From NCBI GenBank assembly GCA_003427395.1, contig BFEA01000003.1:4239778-4303777 (forward strand): a DNA stretch of 64,000 nt. Direction: 5' to 3'. Position numbers and translations under genes: made by a program. Under the pieces are notes generated by a model. That model ran no database searches and was not told the origin of the DNA. It saw nothing but the letters and a program-made list of their open reading frames with translations. The stretch is from Chara braunii. Its lineage: Eukaryota; Plantae; Charophyceae. Positions 61,349 through 64,000 of this stretch are shown piece after piece; within the stretch, counting starts at the first letter, position 1, and each line of letters starts with the position of its first letter.

Positions 61349-61754
61349 GGACCGTCAGGACGTCCGACAACAATTCAAAGAATTCTCTCCTTTCCGATTT
61401 ATTTGTCGGCGCATAAATAGAAGCTATCGCCCTTTCCTTACATGATTGAGAGAGCTTCACCCACGCCCAATGCCCTTGTTGATCGAAATTGTGATCCAAA
61501 ATGCTCACATCCATACTTCAGTGGATTATGATAGAAACCCCTCCTCTTGATTCATATGCGGGCGCCCACACTTGCGGGCCGTCCCACCAGGCACCAAGGG
61601 TCAAGATCTTATCATGGGCCAGTTTCGTTTCCTGCAGGCATAGGATTGAGATACGATTATAATGAATCCACGATTTTAATATAGACTTCTTAGTACGCGG
61701 ACCTGTATCTCCCAAGCCCCGAATGTTCCACAAAGCTACTTTAATTTGGTGCAT
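61349..61754 (-). pseudogene. LINE ORF2 APE-endonuclease, N-terminal part
   Basis: MHQIKVALWNIRGL..ILCLQETKL..GGVSII..ASIYAPTN are canonical EEP motifs of L1-type ORF2; internal stop. Confidence 0.9.
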
Positions 61755-63358
61755 GATCGTGGCGGGGAGATAGCCGAGATTGGATGTGGAGAGATGGTGT
61801 CGGGCGGCTGCCTACCAGCCGGTGCACCCTTTTCTTCGAGCTAGACCATCTTGGCATGTTCATTTTTCCTTTTTTTGCATGATTGGACGCTTGTATGCAT
61901 GAGACCTGAGGGGCCTGAGGGGAAATCTTGGGACTTTTTGTTTTGTACTAACGTATGAACAAGCAGAGAACGGGGCAATCCACGCGAGATCGTGAGCGGG
62001 CCCTGGAACGGACCAAATCAAAGATTTCGACATAATATGAAAGAAGCAGCTGAAGTTGGGGTTAAAGGAGGCATCCAAACGGTGAAGAAATGACAGCCAT
62101 GGAGGCCCTCCAATGAGCCAGGAGACTGTGGGTGAGCCTAGCGGTGACACGCGAACACGTGGTAACGCCCGCGGCCTTGGCATAACTACGACACGATGAG
62201 CGGCTCAGGCAGTCAGGCGCCGATAGCCGTAGGATCCAGGTCTAAGGGTCAGCGTTGAAGGGGAATCAGCTTCGCATGCGATGATGGTTGATGACGATCG
62301 TTTTTTTTGGCACTCCCCTAGTACGATCAAGAGAAGTGCAATCGTGCCCGGTGGAAAAATAGGTTTTTTTGCTTTCATGCTTAGGCCAGTACGATGGCTA
62401 CGGGGAATGACCACGATTCCTTTCTACTGATGAGAACGAACTAGCCGCCCAGACAGTAGGGCCAAGAAGGGTTCGAAAGTGGAGTTGCGCATCTACAGGG
62501 CCACCCGTATGTTGAAGTTGGGTCGCACGTAGCATCCAGCGCTAACTGACCTAGCAGGATCCGGCGAGGAAGGATGGGCAGCTGGGATCGACAGTAGCGC
62601 GCCCACAGGTTCTTAGTAACCGAACGGAGAAGGGGCGTGTGCGATACAGTCTTCTTGCCAACTGATTCGACAAAGTTAGTTACACGATGCGCAGCGGAGA
62701 ACTAGAAGCCGCACGCGCTCCCTTGGTCGACGGTCGTGACGATTCTGATTCTCGAGCGAGGGTGTACCTGGGCAAAGAGACTAGAAGCTCGGAGTGTCGA
62801 TTAAGCTGCCAAGCCCGGGGGCGGGAGAAAGAAGACTTGGGGTATTCTGCGAAGAACGAAATAAGGGGAGGCGCGGTCTATGCTTGATCCAGGAGATAAG
62901 ATCCTATTGGGAGAGGGGATGGGGGTACGGATGAAGGCGAGAGAAAGAAAGGAGGCGAGAAAGAAAAGGAGAGAAGGAAAGCAGGAGAGGGGAAGGCGAA
63001 AATTTGGGCAAAAATTCCAACCTTGGCGCCTTGGAAAGGAGAGTTCGGGGTGAGTAGGTAAGGTAAGAAGGATGGAAGGCATAAAAGGTGGAGGGGGAGA
63101 CGACGTTCGGGGGAGCGTACCGGGAAAGAGCACGCTAGGCGCACGCGTGCGTACGGAGGCGTTCGAAGAGCTACACTAGAGCTCGCTTTGGGCTTCAGAG
63201 GAGAGCGCATTAGTAACGCCCGGTACGGACTTAGCGGCCGAGAGGGGAGGAAGAGAGAGGGACTGAGAGAGAGAAAGAGGGAGAAAGAGAGGGAGGAAGG
63301 AGGAGCTCCGCACGGGAGAGAGAAAGACGGGGATGGGCGCGGATGTAAGAGGATCAAA

Positions 63359-63782
63359 TCACTCCTCGCCCATCCAGATGTCCTCGTAAGCACGTATAAC
63401 CTCTTCCTTTAGCTTCTTCGGCAGATCCTTGGAACCTTCTTGAAAGATAACGGTTATGGTGTGTTCCTTCAACCACTTTACTTTGATCTCGCCCAACGAT
63501 GGATTAAGAGTAAAGTGAGCGTTGGTGCCTTCCTCCTTCCACTCTTCAATATCCCATCCGGCAGGAAGGATGCCGATATCGAAACATTTGGCGAGCATGT
63601 CCCTCACTCGCTCGTCCTCCGCCCAATAGTTAGTTTGAGCTCTGGGGGGCGAGCCGTTCTGATTCTCGGCCGCATCCTCCCCTCCCACTTGAGGTTTTGG
63701 CGAGGTTGCCAACCCATTCGCTCCGATCATCCTCACCTCCAGGGGGGCACCTCCATTTCCCCTAGTCAAAGCTTCGTCAACT
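63359..63782 (-). pseudogene. Probable LINE ORF1 fragment
   Basis: Upstream of and co-oriented with the endonuclease; globular-looking KVKWLKEHTITVIFQEG..EVIRAYED segment. Confidence 0.5.
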
Positions 63783-64000
63783 TGTGACGAATCGTTTTCT
63801 GCGATCGCGCAATTTTCTGCGCGGAGCTGCTTCGGAGGTTCGGACAGGTTGGTCGAGTGGAGTGCATGGGTACGGGTCGGCCGGGCAAGTTGCATGGATG
63901 CCCTCGCTTCTTGCCTTTTGGGATTTTCGAGACCAGGGTCAGGAAAGCCCCGCGCAGACAGTTGAGTGGGCACGCCTTAGTGGGCGCAAAAGGACTACTG
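63783..64000. mobile_element. Start of an LTR related to the 58785 solo LTR; runs off the window
   Basis: TGTGACGAA start; shares CAAGTTGCATGGATGCCCTCGCTTCTT and AAGCCCCG.GC.GAC..TTGAGT with 58785-58980. Confidence 0.8.

Overview
Repeat-saturated eukaryotic, plant-lineage genomic DNA with several assembly gaps. The plant-type U6, tRNA-Asp primer site and plastid 23S-like piece suggest a large-genome streptophyte such as a charophyte alga; this is inference. I see no intact host gene. Main components: (1) a complete ~12.2-kb gag-only LTR element (23883-36093; TGTCGA..TC(G/A)ACA ends, tRNA-Asp PBS, 4-bp TSD) whose ~3.1-kb LTRs are mosaics of structural-RNA sequence: a near full-length U6 snRNA with an altered ACAGAGA box, sense and antisense LSU rRNA pieces, and a tRNA-like head; (2) a diverged, 3'-truncated relative of that LTR at 10970-14065 with the same modules plus extra tRNA-like heads and a plastid-23S-like piece; (3) an array of ~12 hairpins at 16621-17646 with a near-invariant CCCTA-GGGT-TAGGG core and outer stems that differ in sequence but always pair; (4) a minus-strand element (~21339-38213), split by element 1, carrying three tandem paralogs of an unrecognised protein, with a fourth paralog upstream of gag in element 1; (5) a ~16.5-kb telomere-like 12-bp satellite with about 20 strand inversions (41987-58503); (6) a decayed LINE (ORF1 plus APE endonuclease) interrupted by a solo LTR with a perfect 4-bp TSD and by a second related LTR. 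All homology calls were made by eye against remembered consensus sequences and need computational confirmation.
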